From the NCBI GenBank assembly GCA_963703345.1, contig OY969814.1, forward strand, positions 1,184,001 to 1,248,000: a stretch of DNA of 64,000 bases, in the 5' to 3' direction. A program made the position numbers and the translations under genes. How positions within the stretch are numbered: position 1 is the first letter of the stretch; each line of letters opens with the position of its first letter. Shown piece after piece: positions 49,632-59,437 of the stretch. The notes under the pieces are model-generated. The model ran no database searches. It saw only the letters and a program-made list of their open reading frames with translations, and was not told the origin of the DNA. The DNA comes from an uncultured Chloroflexia bacterium (lineage in GTDB: Bacteria > Chloroflexota > Dehalococcoidia > DSTF01 > JALHUB01).

Positions 49632-50413
49632 ATGCTCCTCAAGACCCTTCCGGCGCTCCTGCTGGTCTCCGTGGCAGTTGCTTGCTCGAAATCGTCAGTC
49701 CCAAGCGCGACGCCGACGGCGATATCCAGGGCAATCGCCGTCCAGCCCCAGACACTGGCGCAGGCGCGCGAGAAGATCAAGCACGTCGTGATCATCATGC
49801 AGGAGAACCGCTCCTTCGACAACTACTTCGGCGCCTTCCCCGGCGCCGACGGCATTCCTATGGACAACGGCGTCCCCACCGTCTGCGTGCCCGACGACAC
49901 CACCGGCCCGTGTGTCGCGTCCTATCACGACACGGCTCTCCTCGATGCGGGCGGCCCTCACGCCTTCGCCGACACGGCCACCGACGTCAACGGCGGGAAG
50001 ATGGACGGCTTCGTGAACGAATAGCGGACCGCCTGCGCGACGGCCCCCAATCCCAACTGCGGCAAGGTCATCACCGAGCCGGACGCGATGGGCTACCATG
50101 ACGCCACGGAGATCCCCAACTACTGGGCCTATGCGCAGCAGTTCGTCCTCCAGGACCACATGTTCCCGTCGGTGGGTTCCTGGAGCCAGCCCGTCCATCT
50201 GTTCATGGTTTCCGCCTGGTCGGCCTTGTGCAGCAAGCAAGACGACCCTTCAAGCTGCACGAACGAGCCGAAGTCGCCGGATGCGCCCCCCGACTTCCAG
50301 ACTTTGCGCAACTGGGGGACCTGCTGCAGGGCTTCGACTTCTCGCAGCCCGCTCGCCCGCCTCTCGTACTGTCGGAGCACCCGCCACCAGGTCCGGCCTC
50401 GGTCGGGCCTTGA
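49632..50413 (+). pseudogene. Phosphoesterase (phospholipase C / acid phosphatase family) lipoprotein pseudogene
   Basis: Lipobox AVAC; KIKHVVIIMQENRSFDNYFG; in-frame TAG at 50022; continues MGYHD..IPNYWAYA..FVLQDHMF; then jumps, in another frame, to the typical C-terminus GDLLQGFDFSQPARPPLVL (large internal deletion). Confidence 0.8.
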
Positions 50414-50484
50414 CTCTGGACTCAAACGGCAAATGAAGAACCGCGCCTGTCGTCAGTGCGGTTCGGCCATTCAGATATTGTGCA

Positions 50485-50500
50485 TGGCGACCCCGAGGGG
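50485..50500 (-). repeat. att site: exact copy of the last 16 nt of tRNA-Asp
   Basis: tggcgaccccgagggg, identical to 61956-61971. Confidence 0.85.
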
Positions 50501-50560
50501 TGTCGGGGTCTCTCGCCGCAAACGCCCCTCGCTACGTGCTCCGTAGAGCCTAAGATCCGA

Positions 50561-51895
50561 TCAGTCCGCCTCCATCGCAAGGTTACAGACATACGGCGGA
50601 ACGCCTCCACAGACGCCCCAGAATGGGCCAACCGGGCCCTGCGTCTTCTCCTTCCACGGCTCAGAGAACGCCTCGAATAGGACACCGGGCAGTCGCAATT
50701 GCTGGAGGTTGGTCAGAGTCTCCGCCGTGACAAGCCTCTGGTTTGCCTCCCCCGCAATGCCGCACTGTTCCCCAGTGTGACTATTCGGCGTGCTGTAGCC
50801 CTCCGGTCCTCCCGGCCATCCGAACTCGGTCAGTATTACTTCCTTGTCTGGGTTCCGCGCGATGACATCGAGGAGACGGTCAATGTGAAACTCGGCCGCG
50901 TCCAGCTGCGGGCGTGCACGTGAATATCGCGGAGTTCTTGTTCACCCACCAGGGGAACACGTTGATCCCGATCCAATCGACCTGCTGGGCGAGATCCCAT
51001 TGACCACAGCCTGCCGATGCGTTCCAATTGTCGCCGCACCACTCCCCCCACGTATCGATAGATGTTACCGGCTGGGTCAGTCCAGCATTCTTCAACGCGG
51101 TGATGCAGCGTCTGATCACGGTGTCGGTACTTGAGCCGTAGCGCGTCCTCATCTCCGAACCACAACTGAGCCGGATGATCGTCTCGTTATGCTCCTGTGC
51201 TTCCGAGATGCCCGTCGCGATCGACTGGTCGTTCAGCGCTCGGCTCGCGTCGTTGACCTCAGGTACGAGCCAGATCACCGCGATGACCTTGAGGCCGCGC
51301 TCCTCTGCGGCCTGAAACGTATAGTTCAGACCGTTGAGCACACCACACGTCATGATGCATGAGAAGTTCGTCCGTTCAGCAATGACATCTAGCAGTGTAT
51401 CGATCTGTTGCGGGTTGGGATGAGGCCCAGAATCCGGGTCGAACCCCTCGACATAGGGACCAAACGCAATGCAGCGCAGCACGTCGCTGCTGGTGGCCTG
51501 GGGGCCTCCACTTATGCTCAACTCGTTGACGGTCGCCTGGGAGTAACCATAGAAGCCGCTCCAGCCGATTCGAATTTGGTCCGTCTGGTCGAACGCTGGA
51601 CAGGAGCTGATACCGCTCGCGTAGGCCGGCGCGAGACCGTCAACCGAAAGCTCAATGTAGTTATGCCGCGGCAGGTCCGTTCCCTGGCAGTGCCAGTAGG
51701 CCTTAACGCGATGCCAGGTGTTGGGGCGGCCCCCTGGGACACTTGGTAATACGAACCGGACTGCCCTCTCAATTCCAGCCAGACGCTACCACCGCTCAAG
51801 AAGACCCCAACGCTGCTGGACGTGCCGAGCACACCGACGTCGAACAGCCCGCCGCTCGTTTGCGAGGACCTATACCAGAACTCGACCAGCCCCTC
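50561..51895 (-). pseudogene. LamG-like domain plus GH17-like glycoside hydrolase, frameshifted twice and 5'-truncated
   Basis: PNTWHRV..LSVDG..IRIG..VNELSIS is in frame with CIAFGPY..GSE..GINVFPWW; after a +1 shift near 50902 it continues ILTEFGWP..FEAFSEPWK..PFWG; second shift near 51725. Confidence 0.75.
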
Positions 51896-52063
51896 AATGC
51901 GATGCGCATCGCCCAGTGTGTGGCCGGGCTTATCGACTGCGCGGTCATAGACCACACGGCCGCCGACGTCAACTGCGACGGTAAGATGTCGATGGTAGAC
52001 GCGATGTTCATCGCTCGGAAGGTGGCAGCACTGATCGATTCATTCCCGTGCAGCGTGCCGTAG
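51893..52063 (+). pseudogene. Orphan C-terminal dockerin fragment
   Basis: AMRIAQCVAGL...AADVNCDGKMSMVDAMFIARKVAAL; no plausible upstream gene; abuts the GH17 remnant on the opposite strand. Confidence 0.65.
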
Positions 52064-52356
52064 CCGATACCGACACCGTCGCCTTAGGAGCTCTCGCTCT
52101 CCATCGCCAACAGGTGGCGGTTCGCGGCAGGCTTCTTGTTGGCGGAAGGCAGATGCTACGCGAGGAAGCGTCGCCGGGCGGGACTGCAGAACGACTAGGC
52201 TGCGGGATGACCAGACACTAATCGTCCATGGTGGCGGGGTGCAGGCGACCTGCGCCGGAGACGGTGCTGCCGTGGGCAGGAAGCATGGTTCTGTCACACC
52301 AGATGCTACCTGTACGAGTAACATAGAGGGTGGACTCGTTTTCGGGGGGCAGGTCA

Positions 52357-52599
52357 CTATGCTACGGCGACTGTGATCGCCTGCTTAGGACAGACGTCGC
52401 TGCAGACCTCGCATCCCGTGCAGAGGCTCAGGAAGAGCGGCCCTATCGTCCAGTCCTCAGTGACTTTCCCGGGCTTGCGCCCATCCCGCGGAAAGATGCG
52501 AAAAACCCCTTGCGGGCAGGCGTCGAGACAGGCGCGGCATTCCTGGGGAGAGGTGCATTTCTCAGCGTCCCATCGTATGTCTATCATCGCAATCACCAT
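52357..52599 (-). CDS. Small 2x[4Fe-4S] ferredoxin
   Basis: CTSPQECRACLDACP and CTGCEVCSDVCP. Confidence 0.88.
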   Translation of the reverse strand: MVIAMIDIRWDAEKCTSPQECRACLDACPQGVFRIFPRDGRKPGKVTEDWTIGPLFLSLCTGCEVCSDVCPKQAITVAVA

Positions 52600-53411
52600 T
52601 CGCCTGCCAATGCTGGAACGGAGGCCCTTTCAACGAGCGTGATCGCATCCCGATGGCACAGCGCCCTGCAGACGCCGCAGCCGTAGCACTGAAGCTGATT
52701 GACGGAGCACTTGCGAGAGTACGCGGAATAGCTGATAGCCCCGAAGTTGCACACCTTCATGCAGTTACGGCAGCCGTTGCACTTCTCCCAGTCGACTTTG
52801 GCCGCGTACTCCGCCTTGAATAGGGTCTGCAGACCGAGGCGAGTGCGCGTCTTCAGTGCCATGCACTCGTTGACGGAGCAGTTGCAGATACCTCCGATGA
52901 GCGGCGTAATGAACGTCCAGACGCTGTGGACAAGTCCTTCCCGGTCCAGCTTCCTGATTGCCTTCTTCGCCTCTTCTTTGTCCAAGACCTCCAGGTCCCT
53001 GTAGTCGGGATAGTCGGCGACGGGCACGAAGTCGGAGTTGGCACTGGTCACGCCGAAACAGTAGCGGGCGTCGCGAAACCCACGCAGCATGCTGCGGCAA
53101 ACGCAGGGGAGTCGCACCACCGAAATGCTCATGTCGAGGATCTGCTCGATCTCCTCGACGGGGACCACCTGTCCCCAGTGCTCCTTCTTCTGCTGGTCCA
53201 CGGCAATCGGCAAGAGCGCCTTGGCGGCCGTCGGGTCAGCAGCCATCGCCCTGTCCAGTAGCGCGGCCTTATCTCCAAACAGGTGTTCGAAGTCGCGAAA
53301 GAACTCTGTCATGAACTGCTTGCGCTGATCGTTGAGCAGCTCCTCGCTGTAGTTCTTCGCCTGCAAGTACCATTTCTTGCCCTCGCCGTGTTGAGCGCAG
53401 AACTCGCACAT
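52593..53411 (-). CDS. 4Fe-4S binding protein (MCEFC...HGEGKKWYL family)
   Basis: PCVCR, ICNC..NEC, CNGCRNCMKVC, CYGCGVCRALC. Confidence 0.88.
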   Translation of the reverse strand: MCEFCAQHGEGKKWYLQAKNYSEELLNDQRKQFMTEFFRDFEHLFGDKAALLDRAMAADPTAAKALLPIAVDQQKKEHWGQVVPVEEIEQILDMSISVVRLPCVCRSMLRGFRDARYCFGVTSANSDFVPVADYPDYRDLEVLDKEEAKKAIRKLDREGLVHSVWTFITPLIGGICNCSVNECMALKTRTRLGLQTLFKAEYAAKVDWEKCNGCRNCMKVCNFGAISYSAYSRKCSVNQLQCYGCGVCRALCHRDAITLVERASVPALAGEW

Positions 53412-53468
53412 AAGTCCACCTCCGTGTCGGTTGCGCGAACCAGCCGAGGCCTATCGCTCTATCACGGC

Positions 53469-53521
53469 CAGCAGCGAGCTGTCATTGCGGCGATCATAGC
53501 ACTGGCCGAGCGGCTGTCAAC
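53469..53521 (-). promoter_or_regulatory. Promoter TTGACA-N16-TATGAT plus downstream 16-nt box, shared with 15408-15460
   Basis: 42/53 ungapped identity to 15408-15460. Confidence 0.7.
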
Positions 53522-54050
53522 CTCAAGGGCCATGAGGGATTCGAACTCTCGACTCCCGGATTCGCTGCCTCTCGACCGACGCGCCTACATCGCCCTGCTG
53601 CCTTGTTAGGTAGGCGTTCCCACGTGGACCGTTTTGCGCGTCCCCGTTCTAGTCTAGCAGCTAGCCGTGTGCCCAATTGAGATGCCCCCTTTTCTTCGGT
53701 CCAGTATTCTCTATTCTCTCGCTGAAGAGTACCATTGGCTCCGGACTCTCTTTCGGGGGCAGGCCAGAGGGGTCGCCGGCAATTTCGAAAAGATAGAGGA
53801 GGCCAACATCGGAAGAAAACGCTCGCGACAAGAGTGGCAGGGGCGCCAAGAAGAGGGTGAACCGGTACAGGACTAGTTGGGTCGGCTGCTTCCCAGGCGA
53901 CGAAGGACCGCACGCCGTGTCAGCCGCCGCCAGGCCCTGGGTCGATGACCCCAACAGGGAAGCTGGAGCGACAGGGAACGCTCATCTTGCGGATTCAGAG
54001 GTGGGCCTACCCGATCTTCTAGCATCATTCTCAAGAAAGGGGCACACAGA

Positions 54051-55418
54051 ATGAAGAGGTTACTCAAGCATTGGCCGTTGTTCTCACTAGGGGTTTTCGC
54101 CGTCGTCGCGCTCTCCGTGGCGGCCTGCGGCGGAAGCAGCAACGACAACGTCACCGCCACCCCGAAGGCGGGAGCATCGCCGGCACCGGCCGAAACGATA
54201 GTCCCCATCCCTGCCGGTGTCGAGACGAACGGAGTCACTGACACGGAGATCAAGATCGGTACCCTTCTTCCCATGAGCAATACGACTGCGGCTGCTTGGG
54301 GCGTACCCCTGAGTAACGGAATGAAGGCCTACTTCAGCTACATCAATGATAACGGCGGCATCTACGGTCGGAAGCTGACGCTGGACCTCGGCGACAGCCA
54401 GTACGTTGGGCCGGTGTCCAGCGAGGCCGCGCGCAAGCTCGTCGAGCAGGACAAGGTATTCGCCATGATGGGAGGTCTGGGAACGGAGTCCCAAGCTGCC
54501 GTCTACCAGTACCTGCAGGAACAAGCTGTCCCCGACATGTTCCTCCTCACCGGCGAGACCATGTTTACGGAGCCGATTGCCTCGACACGCTTTGCCTTCC
54601 TCGTCGACTACTTGGATGAGGGCCGGATCCTCGGCCAGTACATCGGCAAGACCTACCCTGGCAAGAAGCTCGGCATCCTCGCTCAGAACGACGACTTCGG
54701 GAAAGAGGGGGAGCAGGGCATCAAGCTTGGCGTCGAAGGCGCCAACATGACGATAGCCGACACGCAGTACTACGACGCGACCCAGACTGACGTTACGGCG
54801 CAGATGCAGCGCTTGAAGGCGGATAACGTTGACGTCGTCGGCTTCTACGGGATGCCGGCGCAGGCGGCCGGCGGGATCAATACCGCGCGCACGACGTTGA
54901 GTTGGAATGTGCCGTTCGTCATTACCGGTGTGGACGCAGCCCAGATCGTCGGCGCGCTCGCCGGCTACGCCAACATCGAGGGAACAGTGACCGTTTCGTT
55001 CGGCCATCAGTCCGACGAAACCGACGTCCCGGGCGTCGTCCAGTACCAGGAGGCCCTAGCCAAGTACACGAGCGCAAAGCCCGACAGCATAAGCCTTAGC
55101 GGCTACGCCGTCGCGGAGGCCATGGTGCGCGTGCTCATACAGGCCGGACCCAACCTGACGCGTAGCAACTTCTTGGCCGCAGCGGAGACGATCTGCAAGT
55201 TCAACGCCTCTACGGGCATCGCGCCCATAAGCTTGTCCCCCACGGATCACAGGTGGAACCAGCAGGAGATATTCGTGAAAGCCACCGGGACGACAGCGGA
55301 TACGTTCAGTTGGAAGCCCTTCGGGGACGTGATCGCGTTCGATTCCACGAAGAACTGCACGCCCGTGACGCCTCCACCTGACGCCACCAAGCAGCCGCAC
55401 ACAGGAACAGGAGGATAG
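54051..55418 (+). CDS. Liv-type ABC substrate-binding lipoprotein 6 (island-borne)
   Basis: Lipobox VAAC; SNTTAAAWG, DVTAQMQRLKAD, GALAGYANI shared with binding proteins 1 and 2. Confidence 0.9.
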   Translation: MKRLLKHWPLFSLGVFAVVALSVAACGGSSNDNVTATPKAGASPAPAETIVPIPAGVETNGVTDTEIKIGTLLPMSNTTAAAWGVPLSNGMKAYFSYINDNGGIYGRKLTLDLGDSQYVGPVSSEAARKLVEQDKVFAMMGGLGTESQAAVYQYLQEQAVPDMFLLTGETMFTEPIASTRFAFLVDYLDEGRILGQYIGKTYPGKKLGILAQNDDFGKEGEQGIKLGVEGANMTIADTQYYDATQTDVTAQMQRLKADNVDVVGFYGMPAQAAGGINTARTTLSWNVPFVITGVDAAQIVGALAGYANIEGTVTVSFGHQSDETDVPGVVQYQEALAKYTSAKPDSISLSGYAVAEAMVRVLIQAGPNLTRSNFLAAAETICKFNASTGIAPISLSPTDHRWNQQEIFVKATGTTADTFSWKPFGDVIAFDSTKNCTPVTPPPDATKQPHTGTGG

Positions 55419-55441
55419 TAAGGCAACACTACAATCGTCCT

Positions 55442-55896
55442 GGCGGTATCGCCGACGGGAGGGGGTGGCGGCCGCCATGGTGTTGGGCGCAGAGGGCGTG
55501 ATGATGGCCTCGCGGTTCATAGCCACGACGGAGTGTCTCGTGCACGAGCGTGTCAAGGAGGAACTGGTCCAGCGGCAGGAGAACGACACCGTCATGATTT
55601 GCCGGAGCATCAATCTCCAGATGCGGGCGCTCAGGAACCCACAAGTCGAGAAGGTGCTCGAAGTCGAAGCTCGAAGAGGGGGCCTGGAAGAGATCATCCC
55701 CCTGATTGCCGGCAAGCGTCAAAGCGCTGGCTGGGAAACCGGCGACGTTGAATGTAGCCCTTTCCCCGTGGGACAGTCCATCGGGCTGATTGAGGACGTC
55801 GCACGCTGCGAGGAACTGCTATGGAGGATGATGCGAGAGGCAGGCGAGATACTGGCGCGAGTGCAGGAACGGTTCGTCGGAGATCCCGCGTCATAG
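55442..55896 (+). pseudogene. C-terminal fragment of a nitronate monooxygenase/FabK-family flavoprotein
   Basis: GGIADGR, then a shift in the G-run at 55461-55465, then VAAAMVLGAEGVMMASRFIATTEC..H..VK and GQSIGLI; N-terminal half absent. Confidence 0.75.
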
Positions 55897-55967
55897 CGCC
55901 GGCCCGCATTTCCCTCCGCAAACGATAGAGCCGAGCGCTGGTGGGCAGCCGGCCTGATTCACCCGCC

Positions 55968-57665
55968 CTAGGGGTTCATCTCGTAGGCGCCCTTGAGGGC
56001 GTATACATGGTCGCGCCACACGCGCGCATAGCGCTCGTCGTCCACCACCGGCTTCCGAATCATCTTCATGCAATAGGCCGACTGCTCCGGGTTGCACCTC
56101 GGCTTGCTGTAGAGCTGCAGCGCGAATTTCGAGAAGTCCCGCACGAAGCAATCGAACATCTGGTCAACGATGTCGGCCGGCACATCATCGATGCGTGCAT
56201 TCTCCAGGATGAGTTGCCCATAGGCAACCAGCGTGAATAGCTCGCCGACGGCCAGAAGGAAGTCCGTGTCGCGACTCTGGCTCTCGTCAATAGGTGCTGA
56301 GGCGAGCATCTCCGCGAATACGGCAGTCTGCTCACGGAAGGTGTTCACGTTGGGCAGGTCCCAGTCGCTGTAGACCAGGTTGTAGTCGTGGAACTGGATC
56401 TCGCCCATGCCTTTCGTCGGGCCCTGCCGAAACAAATAGTGGTCGTGTTTCGGTTCCGATCGCCGACCGATGCCGGCGTATTCGGCCGGGTTGAAGAAAT
56501 AGTTGTTCATGAACTTCAGGATGAGGGCGATGTTCACGTGGACTGTTCCCTCAAGCTTCGGCAGGCCGCGGATCTCGCTCGTAGCGGTCTCAAAGTACAT
56601 ATCCTTCTCGAAACCCTTCGCCGCGATCACATCCCAGAGCAGGTTGATGACATCTTCACCCTGCGTCGTCACCTTCATCTTCACCAGGGAATTGAACAGC
56701 AAATAGCGCCTGTCGTTCGGCGAAGCGACTCGCATGTAGTCGGCAGCCCGAAGCGTGAACAGCTTCATCGCTATCAGACGGGCATAGGCGTCGGTGAATA
56801 TCTGCTTGACGTGCGGGAAATCTGTGACGTACTGGCCATAGAGACGACGGTTGGCGGCATGGTTGATTGCCTCATACAGGGCATGTGTCGAGATCCCGAT
56901 AGACGCCGCACCCAGGTTGAACTTGCAGATGTTGACGGTGTTGAGGGCGGCGTCCCACGCCTCCCGCCCTCTCGACAATATGTCCGCATTGTTTATCGGG
57001 TAGTCCTGCAAGGCGAATGCCGAGACGTATTGTTGGGAGTCGACAACGTTGCCCAGTAGGTCGAAGTTGGGATTCGCGGAATCGGCCGCGAAAAACACGT
57101 ATTCCCCACTATCCGCCATCTTCCCGAAGGTCGAAATCATTCGAGCGACGTTTCCGTTGCCGATGTAGTACTTCTCTCCGTTTGCCCTGTAGCTCCCGTC
57201 GGGCTGAGGTGTGAGAGTCATCTCCGTTGAGTAGATATCCGCGCCGTGCTGGCGCTCGGACAGGCCATATGCGAATATCGCTCCGTCATCTAGAAGCTGC
57301 GCGGCGCGGCGCTTCGCTTCCTGGTTCCCGCTCATCCAGATCGGGCCGAGGCCAAGTGTGGTGACCTGCCAGGTGTACCAGTAGGGAAGTCCGTAGAATG
57401 CCAGAATCTCGTTGAAATCGACGTTGCGGAACGTGTCCCAGCGCGAGTTCGCGTCCCCGTACTCAGGAGGGGTGAGCAACGTGGCGAAGATCTTCTCGTT
57501 CTTGATGAAGTTGAGGAAGTCATCGTACCAGACCCGCTGGTGAGCGTCCTCCAGGAGACGCTTCTTCCCCTTCTTCTCGAAGAAGTCGATTGTGCTGGCC
57601 ATAACCTCCAGCGACCGCTCGTCGGGATAGCGTGGGCTAAGTTTCTTCGGGTTCAACAAAATCAT
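55968..57665 (-). CDS. Long acyl-CoA dehydrogenase family protein
   Basis: LLNPK, WYTWQVTTLGLGPIW, GLSERQHGADIY, GEKYYIGNG, LPKLEGTVHVN. Confidence 0.9.
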   Translation of the reverse strand: MILLNPKKLSPRYPDERSLEVMASTIDFFEKKGKKRLLEDAHQRVWYDDFLNFIKNEKIFATLLTPPEYGDANSRWDTFRNVDFNEILAFYGLPYWYTWQVTTLGLGPIWMSGNQEAKRRAAQLLDDGAIFAYGLSERQHGADIYSTEMTLTPQPDGSYRANGEKYYIGNGNVARMISTFGKMADSGEYVFFAADSANPNFDLLGNVVDSQQYVSAFALQDYPINNADILSRGREAWDAALNTVNICKFNLGAASIGISTHALYEAINHAANRRLYGQYVTDFPHVKQIFTDAYARLIAMKLFTLRAADYMRVASPNDRRYLLFNSLVKMKVTTQGEDVINLLWDVIAAKGFEKDMYFETATSEIRGLPKLEGTVHVNIALILKFMNNYFFNPAEYAGIGRRSEPKHDHYLFRQGPTKGMGEIQFHDYNLVYSDWDLPNVNTFREQTAVFAEMLASAPIDESQSRDTDFLLAVGELFTLVAYGQLILENARIDDVPADIVDQMFDCFVRDFSKFALQLYSKPRCNPEQSAYCMKMIRKPVVDDERYARVWRDHVYALKGAYEMNP

Positions 57666-57948
57666 TCCTGGCTTTCCTTTCTAGCGGCCTTCGGCTGGCC
57701 CTTTGCTCCGGGAGTACTGAGCGCTCTGCCGACGCGCTATTTTACTGTGGCCGCTCCTCAAGCAGCAATCTCACCGGACGTGGAGTGCGAGAGCTCGTGC
57801 GTATCTCGTCTCAGGGCTCGAACCGGCGACCCTATCTGAAAGGGGATGGACACAATGAGGTCATTGTGCGCGGTCTGGACGCTGATGGCTTCTGTCGGGC
57901 TCCGGGTGATATGGGGCGACGAGCGGTACCTCGTATGATGAGGATGGC

Positions 57949-59115
57949 CTAGAGTTGGGCCCTTTGGCTGAAGCGCCTGCCGAAGAGCATACTCGCCATA
58001 GTGATTCTGAGCATTTGGACGGTGCCGCCGGCGACCCTCCAGGCAAGGGCATCTCGATGCATCCGCTCCAGGGGGAACTCCTTGCTGTAGCCGTATCCCC
58101 CGAGGACCTGCATAGCAGTGCTCGTGACCTCGGCTGCCATCTCATTAGCAAAACACTTGCCCATTGCGGCCTCGTAGATCGACGGGAAGTCCTGGCCGGC
58201 GCCACTGGCGGCTCGAAAGACCAACAGGCGCGCCGCGTCCAGCCTCATGGACATATCGACGATCATAGACTGTACGCTCTGGAACTCGCATATGGGCCTG
58301 CCAAAGGCCCTCCGCTCCATGGCGTAGGCTTTGGCCTCTTCGAGAGCTCCGCCAGCCACCCCCAGGCACATCGCCGCATTTCCGCAGCGTTCGAGATCGA
58401 ACGTCGTCATCAAGCTCTTGAACTCTCCGGCGCCGATGACCACACTGTCTCTTGCCAGCCTGGCATCGTCGAAGATCAAGTCACACGAAGCCATGCCGCG
58501 AAGTCCCATGAACTGCTCTTGCTCTCCGAAACTGAAACCGGGCGTCCCCCTCTCAACGACGACGGCTCCAACGCCTCGCGAGCCGGGAACGCTGCCGAAT
58601 CTGCAGTAGACTAGATAGTGGGTCGCCTCCCCACCCCCGGAAATGAAGATCTTGCGTCCGTTCAACAGATAGCCGTCGCCGTCTTCTACGACTCTTGTCG
58701 ACAGGGAGGTGAGGTCCGATCCCGCTTCCGGTTCGGTCATACCGACCGAGACACTCATGGTACCCTTGCACACGCCGGGTATGATGCTGCTCTTTTGCTG
58801 GAGGGTGCCGAAGCGGTCGATGACCTTGACAGGGCCGATGTTCGACTCGAATACGGGCGTGGCTATCACCGGGCTGAACTTCGCGAGCTCCTCGATCGCC
58901 AGTATAGCGTTGATCCCGGGCTGACCTCCGCCGCCGAACTCCGGCGATAGGGTCATGCCCAAGAGACCCAGATCGGCGTACTTCTGTGCCAGATACCTGG
59001 GGAACTCGGACGTCCTGTCGATTTCGGCGGCAAGCGCCCTGAGGTCTTCCCGCTTGCCTAGATCACGTAGTGTGTCGACAAGGATGCGTTGTTCTTCGCT
59101 CAGATCGAAGTCCAT
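57949..59115 (-). CDS. Acyl-CoA dehydrogenase
   Basis: MDFDLSEEQ, MTEPEAGSD, LNGRKIFIS, R.AFGRPI..FQ, GGYGYSKEFPLER..RD. Confidence 0.92.
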   Translation of the reverse strand: MDFDLSEEQRILVDTLRDLGKREDLRALAAEIDRTSEFPRYLAQKYADLGLLGMTLSPEFGGGGQPGINAILAIEELAKFSPVIATPVFESNIGPVKVIDRFGTLQQKSSIIPGVCKGTMSVSVGMTEPEAGSDLTSLSTRVVEDGDGYLLNGRKIFISGGGEATHYLVYCRFGSVPGSRGVGAVVVERGTPGFSFGEQEQFMGLRGMASCDLIFDDARLARDSVVIGAGEFKSLMTTFDLERCGNAAMCLGVAGGALEEAKAYAMERRAFGRPICEFQSVQSMIVDMSMRLDAARLLVFRAASGAGQDFPSIYEAAMGKCFANEMAAEVTSTAMQVLGGYGYSKEFPLERMHRDALAWRVAGGTVQMLRITMASMLFGRRFSQRAQL

Positions 59116-59212
59116 AGTCCCTCCCTGGCTGGAGCTTAACAGTACATCGAAGATCCGGTTCTGTGCACCCCGTCGCATCTCGGACGCAAGGGCCCAGACA
59201 GAACCACCACGC

Positions 59213-59428
59213 TCACTCTGGAGAGAGAGGAGCTGAGAGCTCAAGTGCTGCCAGGAATTCGAGGAGCTCCTGGTTGACCTCGGAGGGACGCTCCTGCTGC
59301 GTCCAATGACCGCAACCTGGGAGCATCACTACCTTTCGCAGGTTTGGCACGTCCGTCCTCATCGCATCCATTCTTGTGAAGCCGAGCACGGGGTCACCGT
59401 CGCCTGCGATGAAGAGAGCCGGTTGCAA
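59213..59428 (-). pseudogene. C-terminal fragment of an alpha/beta-fold epoxide hydrolase
   Basis: PALFIAGDGDPV...LPGCGHWTQQERPSEVN..LLEFL; no room upstream for the rest of the gene. Confidence 0.75.
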
Positions 59429-59437
59429 GAGTTTGTA

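Noticed and set aside
50022-50024. Pyrrolysine/amber readthrough in the phosphoesterase
   Set aside because: The gene also has a large internal deletion and a frame change; no pyl genes seen; a simple nonsense mutation is more likely
52228-52250. tggtggcgggg stretch resembling a second tRNA end or att site
   Set aside because: No T-loop or cloverleaf, and no match to tRNA-Asp beyond a few bases
53560-54040. Possible IS or gene remnant upstream of binding protein 6
   Set aside because: No terminal inverted repeats or recognisable protein motif in any frame
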